In this document: positions 28,401-43,400 of the stretch, piece after piece | Numbering within the stretch: the stretch's first letter is position 1 | Layout of the letters: every line of letters begins with the position of its first letter | From: Leucoraja erinacea | Lineage: Eukaryota | Assembly: GCF_028641065.1 (NCBI RefSeq) | Contig: NC_073384.1 | Location: 16,926,001 to 16,990,000, forward strand | Direction of reading: 5' to 3' | Length of the DNA stretch: 64,000 bases | The notes under the pieces: generated by a model | Databases searched by the model: none | The model's input: the letters and a program-made list of their open reading frames with translations, nothing else | What the model was told of the DNA's origin: nothing | Translations under genes and position numbers: made by a program

Positions 28401-31400
28401 CATAGCATTCTCCAAAGCTACCCAGATTGGGATAAAAATAGAAAATTGTGAACACACTCAGCAGATCAGGCTGCATCTGTGGGGAGAGATACAATCTACT
28501 CTGCAAGTTGAAAATCCTTCATCAGAACTGAGCAAGCGAGTTGGTCTGAGAGACAAGGTTGGTCTAAGTAGCCAGGAACCTGGGGGAGGGCAGGGGGTGG
28601 AACAAAGTGAATGTCTGTAATAAAACATAGAACAGTGTAGCATGGGAACAGGCTTAATCTCTGGAGAATATGGATAGGTGACATTTTGGGTCGGAATCTT
28701 TCTTCAGACTGATTGTGTGTGTGGGGGGAGGGGAGGATAGAAAGCTAGAAGAGAGGAAGGGCAGGACAAAGCATGGCAGGTAATAGGTAAAACAGGTGAG
28801 GGGTTTTGACAGGAAGATGGTTGGATAAAGGCCAGAGATGAAAAAACAGGTAATTGTCATTGAGTCATAGAGTGATTAGTGTGGAAACAGGCCCTTCAGC
28901 CCAACTAGCCCACATCGGCCAACAATATCCCAGCTGCACTAGTCCCACTCCCCTGGGTTTGACTGCACTGGGTCCTAGTGCCAATCTCCCCAACACTGGT
29001 AACCTCAGTGGCTGGCAAAGATACTAGAGGATACTCTGCGACCACCCCCCCCCCCCATCAAATATCGCCTCGGCCTCAGTTCACTCACCTGCCTTCCTCC
29101 GGCCCCAATCTCCATCCCTGGCGTGTGTTCACCATCCCCCTTGACCTCCCCCTCTCCGACACCGAATGGTCAGTCCTCAGCAGAGGCATTAACTTTGTTC
29201 CCCTCCGTCCCCACCTCAATGAGTTCCGCGCCCACCGCGACTTGGAGCTCTTATACCGTTGCCTCCACCCCACAGCATTCTTCCATGGGAAGGAGTCCTC
29301 GCCCCCTATTGATGATCCCTTTTCCCGTCTCCAACGAACCCCCTCCTCGTGGACCCCCCCTCATGGCCATCTTCCGGCTTTAGACCTTTTTATCCAAAAC
29401 TGTAGGCGGGGCATCAACCACCTCAACTTCTCCACTCCCCTGTCTCACTCCAATCTCTCCCCCCCTGAACATACTGCCATTGACTCACTCCGAAACAACC
29501 CAGACTGGGTTATCAAACCCGCCAACAATGGAGGTGCCATGGTAGTCTGGCGCGTTGATCTCTACAAAGCTGAGGCCATGCGCCAACTCTCGGACACCTT
29601 CTCCTACTTACATCTGGACCAGGGAATGGGGGGGTCTCACAAGTGAAATAGCTTAGGGCCTCTCTTCATCTAAATCTGACCCTGCATAAATATATACATG
29701 AAAATGAATCGGTATGGGCAAGTTGGGCCGAAGGGCCTGTTTTCACGCTGTATGACTATGAAAACTAAAAGATTCAATACTTTTAATGTTTTTAACATTG
29801 TAAATATTGTAAACTGAAATAAAAATGAACGTGCAAAACTGCTATCCCACAACGCGCAAAACTGCTCTATATTTTCACTAACGGAGATCGTTTAGTATTG
29901 TGTAAACTGAACTTACTAGTGACAATCATCTTGGTTCCGTTCCCTCTGATATCTCCCCACACTGTGCAGTAATAGACGGCAGAGTCATTGAGCATCACGT
30001 TTGTGACATTCAGGATGAAGCTGCTGTTGGAGACGTCTTTGAATGGCTGGAACCGCTCAGTGAAGCCTGGTTTCCTTCGTACGCTGCCTCCTGCCTCGTG
30101 TGTTAAAACCCACTCCATGTCCTGCCCGGGTAGTTCTCGGTACCAGTGGACGTCAGTGTTTCCCACTTTAGCGTTCTCCATGGAGCACCATAACCGTGCC
30201 GTGTGACCCTCAGTGACACGCTCCAGCCTCGGGAATTGGATCAGGATCGGAGGATTTGCATCTTTAATGGGAAAATACGTCTTCTTAAAAAAAAAACACT
30301 CAGCACAACCCTGCTTAAAGAGTGCACAGAATCTAACACTAAATATGTAGAATTGTTTTAGTCATTCTATAGGATGGGAGAATGCAACCTTCACGTGGTC
30401 CACCCTGTTTCGACTAATGCAATCAACCCGACGTGCACAAACCACTAGATGTAGTGTTTCGTGAGGCTGTGCACGCTGTACACAAGAAGTAGTCATTCTA
30501 TCGCATGCAATATGGAGTCCTTTTGATTAGGGCCATAGGTGTGCACAGCACAGGAATGGGCCCTTGTGATACTTAAACCAGAACAATGTTACTGAGTTCA
30601 GTGATCCTGCAATATTATATAACTTGTGCATGGGGCCAAACAAAGTTCTGAATGGGTTTGTGGAGAGGTTTGCTCCTGCTACTCAAGAGAGTTTAAACTA
30701 GTGAGACAAGGGGTTGGGACCCAGAATGACAACGGACTCATATGTAGACAATAGAACAGGCAAGTCCAGTGGAAGCATTGGCAGAGATGAGAGGGGGAGC
30801 ATGAGAGGACTGGTAGGTTTAGCTGCATTCACTTTAAAGCAAGAAGCACAGGAGGTGAGACGGATGAGTTGAGAGTGTAGATTACCACTCAAGATTATGA
30901 GGGGAAGCATGGATGAGGGAAGAGCTGTAATCTATTATTAATTTATTAATAAGTAAGTGAGGCATTTGGAATATATCAGGACAGGGTGGAGTCAAAATGT
31001 TTTTGTAAAGGAAATCATATTCAACAAATCAGCTAATTTTTTGAGATTGTAGTTACCAGCACAGATAAGGGAAAACTAGCTGATGTGAATTTGGACTTTC
31101 AGAAGGCATTTGACAAGCAACAAAGGTGCAGACAAAAATAAAAACTCTCACATATACCTGTCTTTCCACTCGCTATTCATTATACAGCCCTAGCCCCTGT
31201 GGGTACATTTATCTGCCACATCACCTCCACCTTCCGGTTCCGATCTACCTCACCATCCGCCCTCGGGTTCCACATTTTATTCCAACCTTTTCTTATCAGA
31301 TTTCATTATTTGTAATCTATTGTCTTTTCCGCTTATCACCTCCAGTCTTTGTTAATATCTTCCCCTATCCCTCCTGCACATGATAATCAACCCTTCCATA

Positions 31401-34400
31401 TACGATGTTTAAGAAGGAACTGCAGATGCTGGAAAATCGAAGGTACACAAAAATGCTGGAGGAACTCAGCGGGTGCAGCTGCATCTATGGAGCGAAGGAA
31501 ATAGGCAACGTTTCGAAACGTTGCCTTTCTTCACTCCATAGATGCTGCTGCACCTTCTGTGTTTCTACAGCATTTTTGTGTACCTTCCATATAGAAACAT
31601 AGAAACATAAAAATAGGTGCAGGAGTAGGCCATTCGGCCCTTCGAGCCACCACCGCCATTCGATATGATCATGGCTGATTATCCAACTCAGTATCCCATC
31701 CCTGCCTTCTCTCCATGCCCCCTGATCCCTTTAGCCACAAGGGCCACATCTAACTCCCTCTTCAATATAGCCAATGAACTGGCCTCAACTACCTTCTGTG
31801 ACAGAGAATTCCACAGATTCACCACTCTCCGTATAAAAAATGATTTTCTCATCTCGGTCCTAAAAGACTTCCCTCTTATCCTTAAACTGTGACCCCTAGT
31901 TCTGGACTTCCCCAACATCGGGAATAATCTTCCTGCATCTAGCCTGTCCAACCACTTAGGAGTTTAGTAAGTTACTATAAGATCCACCTTCAATATTCTG
32001 AATTCTAGCGTGTACAAGCCGAGTCTATCCAGTCTTTCTTCATATGAAAGTCCTGCCATCCTAGGAATCAGTCTGGTGAACCTTCTCTGTACTCCCTCTA
32101 TGTCAAGAATGTCTTTCCTCAGATTAGGAGACCAAAACTGTACGCAATACTCCAGGTGTGGTCTCACCAAGACCCTGTACAACTGCAGTCGAATCTCCCT
32201 GCTCTTATACTCAAATCCTTTTGCTATGAATGCTAACATACCATTTGCTTTCTTCACTGCCTGCTGCACCTGCATTCCTACTTTCAATGACTGGTGTATC
32301 TCCCCTTTTCCTAATCGGCCACCATTCAGATAATAGTCTACTTTCCTGTTTTTGCCACCAAAGTGGATAACCTCACATTTATCCACATTATACTGCATCT
32401 GCCATGCATTTGCCCACTCACCCAACCTATCCAAGTCACCTTGCAGCCTCCTAGCAGCCTCCTCACAGCTAACACTGCCCCCCAGCTTTGTGTCATCCGC
32501 AAACTTGGAGATGTTGCATTCAATTCCCTCATCCAGATCATTAATATATATTGTAAATAGCTGGGTTCCCAGCACTGAGCCTTGCGGTACCCCACTAGTC
32601 ACTGCCTGCCATTCTGAAAAGGACCCGTTTACTCCTACACTTTGCTTCCTGTTTATCAGCCAGTTCTCTATCCACATCAATACTGAACCCCCAATACCGT
32701 GTGCTTTAGGTTTGTTTACTAATCTCTTATGTAGTACCTTGTCAAAAACCTTCTGAAAGTCCAGATATAGCACATCCACTGGTTCTCCTTTATCCACTCT
32801 ACTAGTTACATCCTCAAAAAATTCTATAAGTAAGTAAGTAAGTTTTATTTATATAGCACTTTTAAGTCAACTCGCATTGACACCAGTGCTTTACATAAAT
32901 TAGATAATAAGTTTCCATACAAACCAGAGAAAAAGGTTAAAAAAATAAAGAAAATGGACACAACACATTTTAGAGTTCAACACAAACGTCCCCCCACAGC
33001 ACAATCAAACATTTCCACTGTGGGGAAAGGCACCAGAAAGTTAAGTCCTCTTCCTCTGAAACACCTGAGGTCGGGGCCCATTTGTAGCCTTGCAGCCAGT
33101 CCGATGATTTTCATGGCCCTCTTGACGTGAAGATGGAACTCTGTCGTCGGGTGAAACATTCCTCAGCGGCTTGGAAATTCTGGAACTGCTGCCTCCTGCC
33201 CAGAGACCGGAGACCGGGGCACTTGTAGCCCTCAGGCCGCGCCGGTTGGAGCTCCGACCCCGGCGAACTCAATCCCTGGCTCCACGGTGCTCCAAATCCA
33301 GCGCCGCCAGCGGCCGGCTGCCCACAGCCACAGCTCTGCAATGTTGGGAGTCGGCGGCCACAGCGCTCCAGAGCTTACCGCACGGCGAGCCGGTAAGGCA
33401 TCGCTCGCTATCTGTTGGTATCCCAGCGCTGTGCCGCTGTCGAAGCTGTAGCCTGGCCAGTCCCGACAGGAAAACGCCGCTCCATTCTCGATGGTAGGCC
33501 GCGAGGACTGGGCGAAGAAGCAGCTTGGAGGGATGCTGCCTCTCTGACCAGGTAGGTGACTAAAAATTAAATTTTCCCCCTTCCCCGCCCCCGCCCACCA
33601 CATAAAAGACCTCCAACTAACAAACTAACATTTTTTAACAGGACTTAAAATACATAAAAGGTGAAGAGACGGACTGCGGACAGGCTGCCATACACAGACG
33701 GCGCCCACTCCTGCACATCCGCCATCTTTTTTTATAAGATTCGTCAGACATGATTTACCTTTCATAAATCTATGCTGACTTTGTCCAATGAATTCACCAC
33801 TTTCCAAATGTGCTGCTATCCCGTCTTTAATAACTGACTCCAGAAATTTCCCCACCACCGATGTTGGACTAACTGGTCTGTAATTCCCCGTTTTTTCTCT
33901 CCCTCCATTTTTAAAAAGGGGGGTTACATTAGCTACCCTCCAGTCCTCAGGAACTACTCCAGAATCTAAAGAGTTTTGAAAAATTATCACTATTGCATCC
34001 ACTATTTCTGCGGCTACTTCCTTAAGTACTCTGGGATGCAACTTATCTGGCCCTGGGGATTTATCGGTCTTTAATCTATTCAATTTACCTAACAACACTT
34101 CCCGGCTAACCTGGATTTCACTCAGTTCCTCCATCTCATTTAACCCCTGGTCCATCTGCTGAGTTCCTCTGGGACTACTATCTACATTGGAGATCCTTGG
34201 ACTATCTTTGATTGGAATCACTGGCTTTATCTAGCACTAAACGTTATTTACGTTATTCCCTTTATCGTGTATCTGTGGATGGCTCAATTGTAATTATGTA
34301 TTGTCTTTCCACTGACTAGTTAGCCTGCAAAATCTTTTTACTGTATGTTAGTACACGTGACAATAAATTAAACTCAAACACATAACCTCAAGCTTGGCTT

Positions 34401-37400
34401 TTTCTTAAGAAATTGATAATATTTCTTCTCCCATTGGATTTTATGAGCTAATCTATTCCTTTTAACAACATATGAAGTGATCCTCTTTCTCTACTTACTC
34501 TGATTTGTTTCAGGAGGGATATGGGCCAAATGCAGACAGGTAAGACTAGTGTAGCAGGACATGTTAGCCGGTGTGGGCAAGTTGGGCAGAAGGGCATGTT
34601 TCCACGCTGTATGACTCTTTGATGTTATGCTATTAGTTGGTAATACCTTCCATCTCTGACAGCTCAAACCCAAAGGCAAATCCTTTTTCATCCACAAACC
34701 ATTTGCGGAGACTATTCACACTTTTGATTTTTGTTCTCTTGTACTCGTCCTTTCACACACTTATCTATTTCCTAGCTGTTGCACTTTACACGCCAAGGAT
34801 AACTTCCCCACTCTCTGTTTTACTGGGAGTGGTCACAGAATTCCCATGTGTCAGTGAGTCATTGCGTGAAGGTTGAAGTGTGAGCTGCTGTTATCGTCAG
34901 TGTAGGCAAACAATGACTTACCAGTTACATTGAGCTGGGATCCTGCTCCATAGATGTAACTCCACACACTGCAGTTGTAGACAGCAGTGTTATTGATGGA
35001 GACATTGGTGATGGTCAGAATGTAACTGTTGCTCATGGCATTCCTAAAAGACTGAAAGCGGTCAGAGATACGGGCGGACCTGGTGACGTTGCCATCCACA
35101 AAGTGGCTCATTATCCACTCGCTGTTTTTCCCAGGTCGCTGCTGGTTCCAGTGGACGTCAGTGTCATTCACACCAGCATTGTGCAAGACACATTGCAACT
35201 GCACGGTTACACCCTCTGCCACCTTGCTGACTGACGGAGACTGGATAAGGACCGGATCATACATGGGATCTGTGTGAATATACATGGAGCTCAATGGAAG
35301 GCATCATATTTCTCCAGCATTTAGTGTGTAACAGTTTATAAAATTGGAATACCATCACATACTTCCCAGTGAGACTCAGGATAATTGAAGAGAAAGATTA
35401 TCGAGGATGTCAGATTTATCCATGTTCTCCGGACTTGCTGGCTGACCTTTTAAGTTACTCCAACAGCTTTTGCCTTTTGTTTTTAATGTTTGCCTTCCAA
35501 ACTGCTCATTCTATCTACATGTTGACTTGTATGAGAACACCCAGATTCCTCTGACATTACAGTCTCACAACATTAAAAAAAATGCTTTGCATGTCAATCT
35601 TTCCTACAGAAGTGAATGAAGATATAGTCCATCTGACTTGTCCTGCTCTTTATACTTGTCTGTGCCCCTTGCAGCCTCCTCACATGTTGCATCGCCTACC
35701 TTGTAACCTGGATATGTTATACTTGGAGGTACACAAAATTGCTGGAGAAACTCAGCGGGTGCAGCAGCATCTATGGAGCGAAGGAAATAGGCGACGTTTC
35801 GGGCCGAAACCCTTCTGCAGCAGAAGGTGAAAACGGGCCGTGCGGGACTGGGGAACGATGAGGTTGGAAGCTTGGTCGGGCAGGGCGTGGGGATTGATGA
35901 AGTCGGTGATGGTGCTAGAAATGGTGGCCTGGTGCTCATCAGTGGGGTCATCGTCCAAGGGTAAGTAGGAGGAGGTGTCCGAGAGTTGGCGCGTGGCCTC
36001 AGCTTGGTAGAGATCGACGCGCCAAACTACCATGGCACCTCCCTTGTCGGCTGGTTTGATGACCCAATCTGGGTTTTTGCGGAGTGATTCAATGGCAGTG
36101 CGTTCAGAGGGGGAGAGATTGGAGTGAGACAGGGGAGTGGAGAAGTTGAGGTGGTTGACGTCGCGGCGGCAGTTCTGGATAAAGAGTTCCAGAGCCGGGA
36201 CTTTACGAGGGGGGTTCCACGAGGAGGGGGTGCGTTGGAGACAGGAAAAAGGGTCATGATTGGGGGACGAGGACTCCTTCCCATGGAAGTGCGCTGTGAG
36301 GCGGAGGCGACGGTAGAAGTGCTCCAAGTCATGGTGGGCGCGGAACTCATTGAGATGGGGACGGAGAGGGACAAAGGTAAGACCTCTGCTGAGGACAGAC
36401 CGTTCGGTGTGGGAGAGGGGGAGGTCGGGGGGGATGGTGAACACCCGGCAGGGATGGGAGTTGGGACCAGAGGAAGGCAGGTGGGTAGACTGGTGATGGG
36501 GCGATGTGTCGGGGGGGGGGGGGGGCTGTGGGTGTTGGGGGGGGGGTGGTGGGTGGTCAGGGGGTTGGGGGGGGGGGGGGGGGGAGTGAGAGGGCTGTAA
36601 TGTGGGTGGGGAAGCGCAGGGGTAACATAGTTGGAGGGGGATGGGGGAGAGTCAGTGGAACAGCCACTGAGGTTAGCAAGGCTGGGCAGAGGGGCACTAG
36701 GACCCAGTGGAGTTGAGCCCAGGAGAGAGGGAGTGAGCATCGTGGAGGCTTGCGGCCCAGTGCAGAGTCCAGGCTCCAGGTAAGGCGACGGCTGTGGGTT
36801 GCTGGAGGGGGGTGGAGCGGACCCGATGGTCGTAGTCCAGTGGCAGTTCAGTCGGGGTCCGCGGCGATGTGTGGGAGGTCCCAGTGGGTGGATAGTCGGC
36901 GGGGCGGTGGCGAGATGTTATACTTGGTCTCCTCATCCTCGATTGTGAACAGTGAGGGTCCCAGCACCAAACCCTACTCCACCTCTCACTAGTCACAGCC
37001 TCTCAGCTTGGATACCTGCTGTTCATTCCAGTTCCTCCAAGAGTTTCTACCCTACTTTGCTAGTTACAAACATCTAATAACGTGAGCTTTAAAAGATTTC
37101 TCAACCATGATGTCGATTTCATACATCCACGTTGACTCTGTTCTTACACTGACCCTATTCTTCTGCCTTTGTGTCGGATTCTTATCTTTCCTTTACCGCC
37201 GATGGTGCAATGAGTTATCTACTTCATTGGAACATGGAAATTATATTGAGGGGGAATTTCAACTGTGCTTCACACTATTTAACATGGATTAGGGGCCCGC
37301 ATCAATGCAATGCTGATGAGCAATGACTCAGATCCAGACAACAATGAACTGTCAGCCTGAGGGAGGGCATGAACACAGGTGATCAACGTGTAACCTGTTT

Positions 37401-40400
37401 CTTCTCAGCCAGTCCCAGAGGCCTGGCCTTGGATCCAGTGACAGCGTTGTTGTTGTTGTTGTTGCCTCTGCTCTGTGAGTGGTTCAAGTCTCAGTGATTC
37501 CTGGTTGAAAACAAGCCCGAAGTTTTGACGGTCGGCGGGACTGGGAACCCGTCAAAAGGCTCATCGGTCGGCATGACCAGGAGTGAGCTGGAGACGTCAG
37601 ACACAAGGAGCAAAGGCCGGTGCGAGGTTGAACCAGGGACATGTCTCCAGTGCCTCCAGATAGTCTGCTGGAGGCACCCCGAGACACAACGATGGCCGGG
37701 CGAGGAGAGGAGAGGGACGTTGGTTCGTGGGAACTACTCCAGTACATCGAGTTGTGGGCTGACCGGACGTTGCACTTTGAATGAAGGCGCCAAAACATGG
37801 CACCACCAGCATGTGTAATATATGCAAAAATAATTTCACTGCACAGTTGCATATGTGACAAATAAAGAACTATTGAACCATTGGAATATGGAGGCAGCAT
37901 TGGTTAATCTAAAGCCATGACAAGTTGTAGTTCTGCTCTCCTGTACCTTAACTCAAACAGCTGTGAGCAGTGCCCTGCTATTACACTGAGCCCTAAACAA
38001 CGTATCTAGTTTTCTCTACAATGAAGAACACACTGCACATTTAAATTTATTTCCCACAACCCAGATCTGACATCAGTTACCATATCAGTGCTCACACCAT
38101 TAGTGAGGGGCCAAAATGTATTGGTCTCCAGAATCAGGGCTCCAGTACGATCTCCTTACTCTTTCAGTACTCCCGGTACATGTGCCAATTCAAGGGAAGT
38201 GAATTACACCCAATATAGTTACACATAGGTTAATGAAACCAAATATAATTTGTACTCACTGGTTACATTGAGCTGGGTTCCATTCCCTCTGATATCTCCC
38301 CACACTGTGCAGTAATAGACGGCAGAGTCATTGAGCATCACGTTTGTGACATTCAGGATGAAGCTGCTGTTGGAGGCGTCTTTGAACGGCTGGAACCGCT
38401 CAGTGAAGCCTGGTCTCCTTCGTACGCTGCCTCCTGCCTCGTGTGTTAAAACCCACTCCATGTCCTGCCCGGGTAGTTCTCGGTACCAGTGGACATCAGT
38501 GTTTCCCACTTCAGCGTTCTCCATGGAGCACCATAACCGTGCCGTGTGACCCTCAGTGACACGCTCCAGCCTCGGGAATTGGATCAGGATTGGAGGATTT
38601 GCAACTTTAATGGGAAAATACGTCTTCTTAAAAAAAAACACTCAGCACAACCATGCTTAAAGAGTGCACAAAATCTAACACTAAATATGTAGAATTGTTT
38701 TAGTCATTCTATAGGATGGGAGAATGCAACCTTCACGTGGTCCACCCTGTTTCGACTAATGCAATCAACCCGACGTGCACAAACCACTAGATGTAGTGTT
38801 TCGTGAGGCTGTGCACGCTGTACACAAGAAGTAGTCATTCTATCGCATGCAATATGGAGTCCTTTTGATTAGGGCCATAGGTGTGCACAGCACAGGAATG
38901 GGCCCTTGTGATACTTAAACCAGAACAATGTTACTGAGTTCAGTGATCCTGCAATATTATATAACTTGTGCATGGGGCCAAACAAAGTGCTGAATGGGTT
39001 TGTGGAGAGGTTTGCTCCTGCTACTCAAAAGAGTTTAAACTAGTGAGACAAGGGGTTGGGACCCAGAATGACAACGGACTCATATGTAGACAATAGAACA
39101 GGCAAGTCCAGTGGAAGCATTGGCAGAGATGAGAGGGGGAGCATGAGAGGACTGGTAGGTTTAACTGCATTCACTTTAAAGCAAGAAGCACAGGAGGTGA
39201 GACGGATGAGTTGAGAGTGTAGATTACCACTCAAGATTATGAGGGGAAGCATGGATGAGGGAAGAGCTGTAATCTATTATTAATTTATTAATAAGTAAGT
39301 GAGGCATTTGGAATTTATCAGGACAGGGTGGAGTCAAAATGTTTTTGTAAAGGAAATCATATTCAACAAATCAGCTAATTTTTTGAGATTGTAGTTACCA
39401 GCACAGATAAGGGAAAACTAGCTGATGTGAATTTGGGCTTTCAGAAGGCATTTGACAAGCAACAAAGGTGCAGATAAAAATAAAAACTCTCACATATACC
39501 TGTCTTTCCACTCGCTATTCATTACACAGCCCTAGCCCCTCTGGGTACATTTATCTGCCACATCACCTCCACCTTCCGGTTCCGATCTACCTCACCATCC
39601 GCCCTCGGGTTCCACATTTTATTCCAACCTTTTCTTATCAGATTTCATTATTTGTAATCTATTGTCTTTTCCGCTTATCAAATCCAGTCTTTGTTAATAT
39701 CTTCCCGTATCCCTCCTGCACATGATAATCAACCCTTCCATATACGATGTTTAAGAGGGAACTGCAGATGCTGGAAAATCAGGGAGCATCTATGGAGTGA
39801 AGGAAATAGGCAACGTTTCGAAACGTTGCCTTTCTTCGCTCCATAGATGCTGCTGCACCTTCTGTGTTTCTCCAGCATTTTTGTGTACCTTCCATATAGA
39901 AACATAAAAATAGGTGCAGGAGTAGGCCATTCGGCCCTTCGAGCCTGCCCCGCCATTCGATATGATCATGGCTGATTATCCAACTCCCTGATTATCCCAT
40001 CCCTGCCTTCTCTCCATACCCCCTGATCCCTTTAGCCACAAGGGCCACATCTAACTCCCTCTTCAATATAGCCAATGAACTGGCCTCAACTACCTTCTGT
40101 GGCAGAGAATTCCACAGATTCACCACTCTCTGTGTAAAAAAAATGATTTTCTCATCTCGGTCCTAAAAGACTTCCCTCTTATCCTTAAACTGTGACCCCT
40201 AGTTCTGGACTTCCCCAACATCGGGAATAATCTTCCTGCATCTAGCCTGTCCAACCACTTAAGAGTTTAGTAAGTTACTATAAGATCCACCCTCAATATT
40301 CTGAATTCTAGCGTGTACATGCCGAGTCTATCCAGTCTTTCTTCATATGAAAGTCCTGCCATCCCAGGAATCAGTCTGGTGAACCTTCTCTGTACTCCCT

Positions 40401-43400
40401 CTATGTCAAGAATGTCTTTCCTCAGATTAGGAGACCAAAACTGTACGCAATACTCCAGGTGTGGTCTCACCAAGACCCTGTACAACTGCAGTAGAACCTC
40501 CCTGCTCTTATACTCAAATCCTTTTGCTATGAATGCTAACATACCATTTGCTTTCTTCACTGCCTGCTGCACCTGCATTCCTACTTTCAATGACTGGTGT
40601 ATCTCCCCTTTTCCTAATCGGCCACCATTCAGATAATAGTCTACTTTCCTGTTTTTGCGACCAAAGTGGATAACCTCACATTTATCCACATTATACTGCA
40701 TCTGCCATGCATTTGCCCACTCACCCAACCTATCCAAGTCACCTTGCAGCCTCCTAGCATCCTCCTCACAGCTAACACTGCCCCTCAGCTTTGTGTTATC
40801 CGCAAACTTGGAGATGTTGCATTCAATTCCCACATCCGGATCATTAATATATATTGTAAATAGCTGGGATCCCAGCACTGAGCCTTGCGTACCCCACTAG
40901 TCACTGCCTGCCATTCTGAAAAGGACCCGTTTACTCCTACACTCTGCTTCCTGTTTATCAGCCAGTTCTCTATCCACATCAATACTGAACCCCCAATACC
41001 GTGTGCTTTAAGTTTGTTTACTAATCTCTTATGTAGGACCTTGTCAAAAACCTTCTGAAAGTCCAGATATAGCACATCCACTGGTTCTCCCTTATCCACT
41101 CTACTAGTTACATCCTCGAAAAATTCTATAAGTAAGTAAGTTTTATTTATATAGCACGTTTTAAGTCAACTCGCATTGACACCAGTGCTTTACATAAATT
41201 AGATAATAAGTTTCCATACAAACCAGAGAAAAAGGTTAAAAAAATAAAGAAAATGGACACAACACATTTTAGAGTTCAACACAAACGTCCCCCCACAGCA
41301 GAATCAAAAATTTCCACTGTGGGGAAAGGCACCAGAAAGTTAAGTCCTCTTCCTCTGAAACACCCGAGGTCGGGGCCCATTTGTGGCTTTGCAGCCAGTC
41401 CGATGATTTTCAGGGCCCTCTTGACGTGAAGATGGAACTCCGTCGTCGGGTGAAACATTCCTCAGCGGCTTGGAAATTCTGGAACTGCTGCCTCCTGCCC
41501 AGAGACCGGAGGCCGGGGCACTTGTAGCCCTCAGGCCGCGCCGGTTGGAGCTCCGACCCCGGCGAACTCAATCCCTGGCTCCACGGTGCTCCAAATCCAG
41601 CGCCGCCAGCGGCCGGCTGCCCACAGCCACAGCTCTGCAATGTTGGGAGTCGGCGGCCACAGCGCTCCAGAGCTTACCGCACGGCGAGCCGGTAAGGCAT
41701 CGCTCGCTATCTGTTGGTATCCCAGCGCTGTGCCGCTGTCGAAGCTGTAGTCCCGGCCAGTCCCGACAGGAAAACGCCGCTCCATTCTCGATGGTAGGCC
41801 GCGAGGACTGGGCGAAGAAGCAGCTTGGAGGGATGCTGCCTCTCTGACCAGGTAGGTGACTAAAAATTAAATTTTCCCCCTTCCCCACCCCTGCCCATCA
41901 CATAAAAGACCTCCAACTAACAAACTAACATTTTTTAACAGGACTTAAAATAAAAAAAAGGTGAAGAGACGGACTGCGGACAGGCTGCCATACACAGACG
42001 GCGCCCACTCCTGCACATCCGCCATCTTTTTTTATAAGATTTGTCAGACATGATTTACCTTTCATAAATCCATGCTGACTTTGTCCAATGAATTCACCAC
42101 TTTCCAAATGTGCTGCTATCCCATCTTTAATAACTGACTCCAGAAATTTCCCCACCACCGATGTTGGACTTACTGGTCTGTAATTCCCTGTTTTCTCTCT
42201 CCCTCCCTTTTTAAAAAGGGGGGTTACATTAGCTACCCTCCAGTCCTCAGGAACTACTCCAGAATCTAAATAGTTTTGAAAAATTATCACTATTGCATCC
42301 ACTATTTCTGCGGCTACTTCCTTAAGTACTCTGGGATGCAACTTATCTGGCCCTGGGGATTTATCGGTCTTTAATCTATTTAATTTACCTAACACCACTT
42401 CCCGGCTAACCTGGATTTCACTCAGTTCCTCCATCTCATTTAACCCCTGGTCCCTCTGCTGAGTTCCTCTGGGACTACTATCGACATTGGAGATCCTTGG
42501 ACTATCTTTGATTGGAATCACTGGCTTTATCTAGCACCAAACTTTATTTACGTTATTCCCTTTATCGTGTATCTGTGGATGGCTCAATTGTAATTATGTA
42601 TTGTCTTTCCACTGACTAGTTAGCCCGCAAAAGCTTTTTACTGTATGTTAGTACACGTGACAATAAATTAAACTCAAACTCATAACCTCAAGCTTGGCTT
42701 TTTCTTAAGAAATTGATAATATTTCTTCTCCCATTGGATTTTATGAGCTTTTAACAACATATGAAGTGATCCTCTTTCTCTCCTTACTCTGATTTATTTC
42801 AGGAGGGATATGGGCCAAATGCAGGCAGGTGGGACTAGTGTAGCAGGACATGTTAGCCGGTGTGGGCAAGTTGGGCAGAAGGGCATGTTTCCACGCTGTA
42901 TGACTATTTGATGTTATGCTATTAGTTGGTAATACCTTCCATCTCTGACAGCTCAAACCCAAAGGCAAATCCTTTTTCATCCACAAACCATTTGCGGAGA
43001 CTATTCACACTTTTGATTTTTGTTCTCTTGTACTCGTCCTTTCACACACTTATCTATTTCCTAGCTGTTGCACTTTACACGCCAAGGATAACTTCTCCAC
43101 TCTCTGTTTTACTGGGAGTGGTCACAGAGTTCCCATGTGTCAGTGAGTCATTGCATGAAGGTTGAAGTGTGAGCTGCTGTTATCGTCAGTGTAGGCAAAC
43201 AATGACTTACCAGTTACATTGAGCTGGGATCCTGCTCCATAGATGTAACTCCACACACTGCAGTTGTAGACAGCAGTGTCATTGATGGAGACATTGGTGA
43301 TGGTCAGAATGTAACTGTTGCTCATGGCATTCCTGAAAGACTGAAAGCGGTCAGAGATATAGCCAGACCTGGTGACGTTGCCATCCACAAAGTGGCTCAT

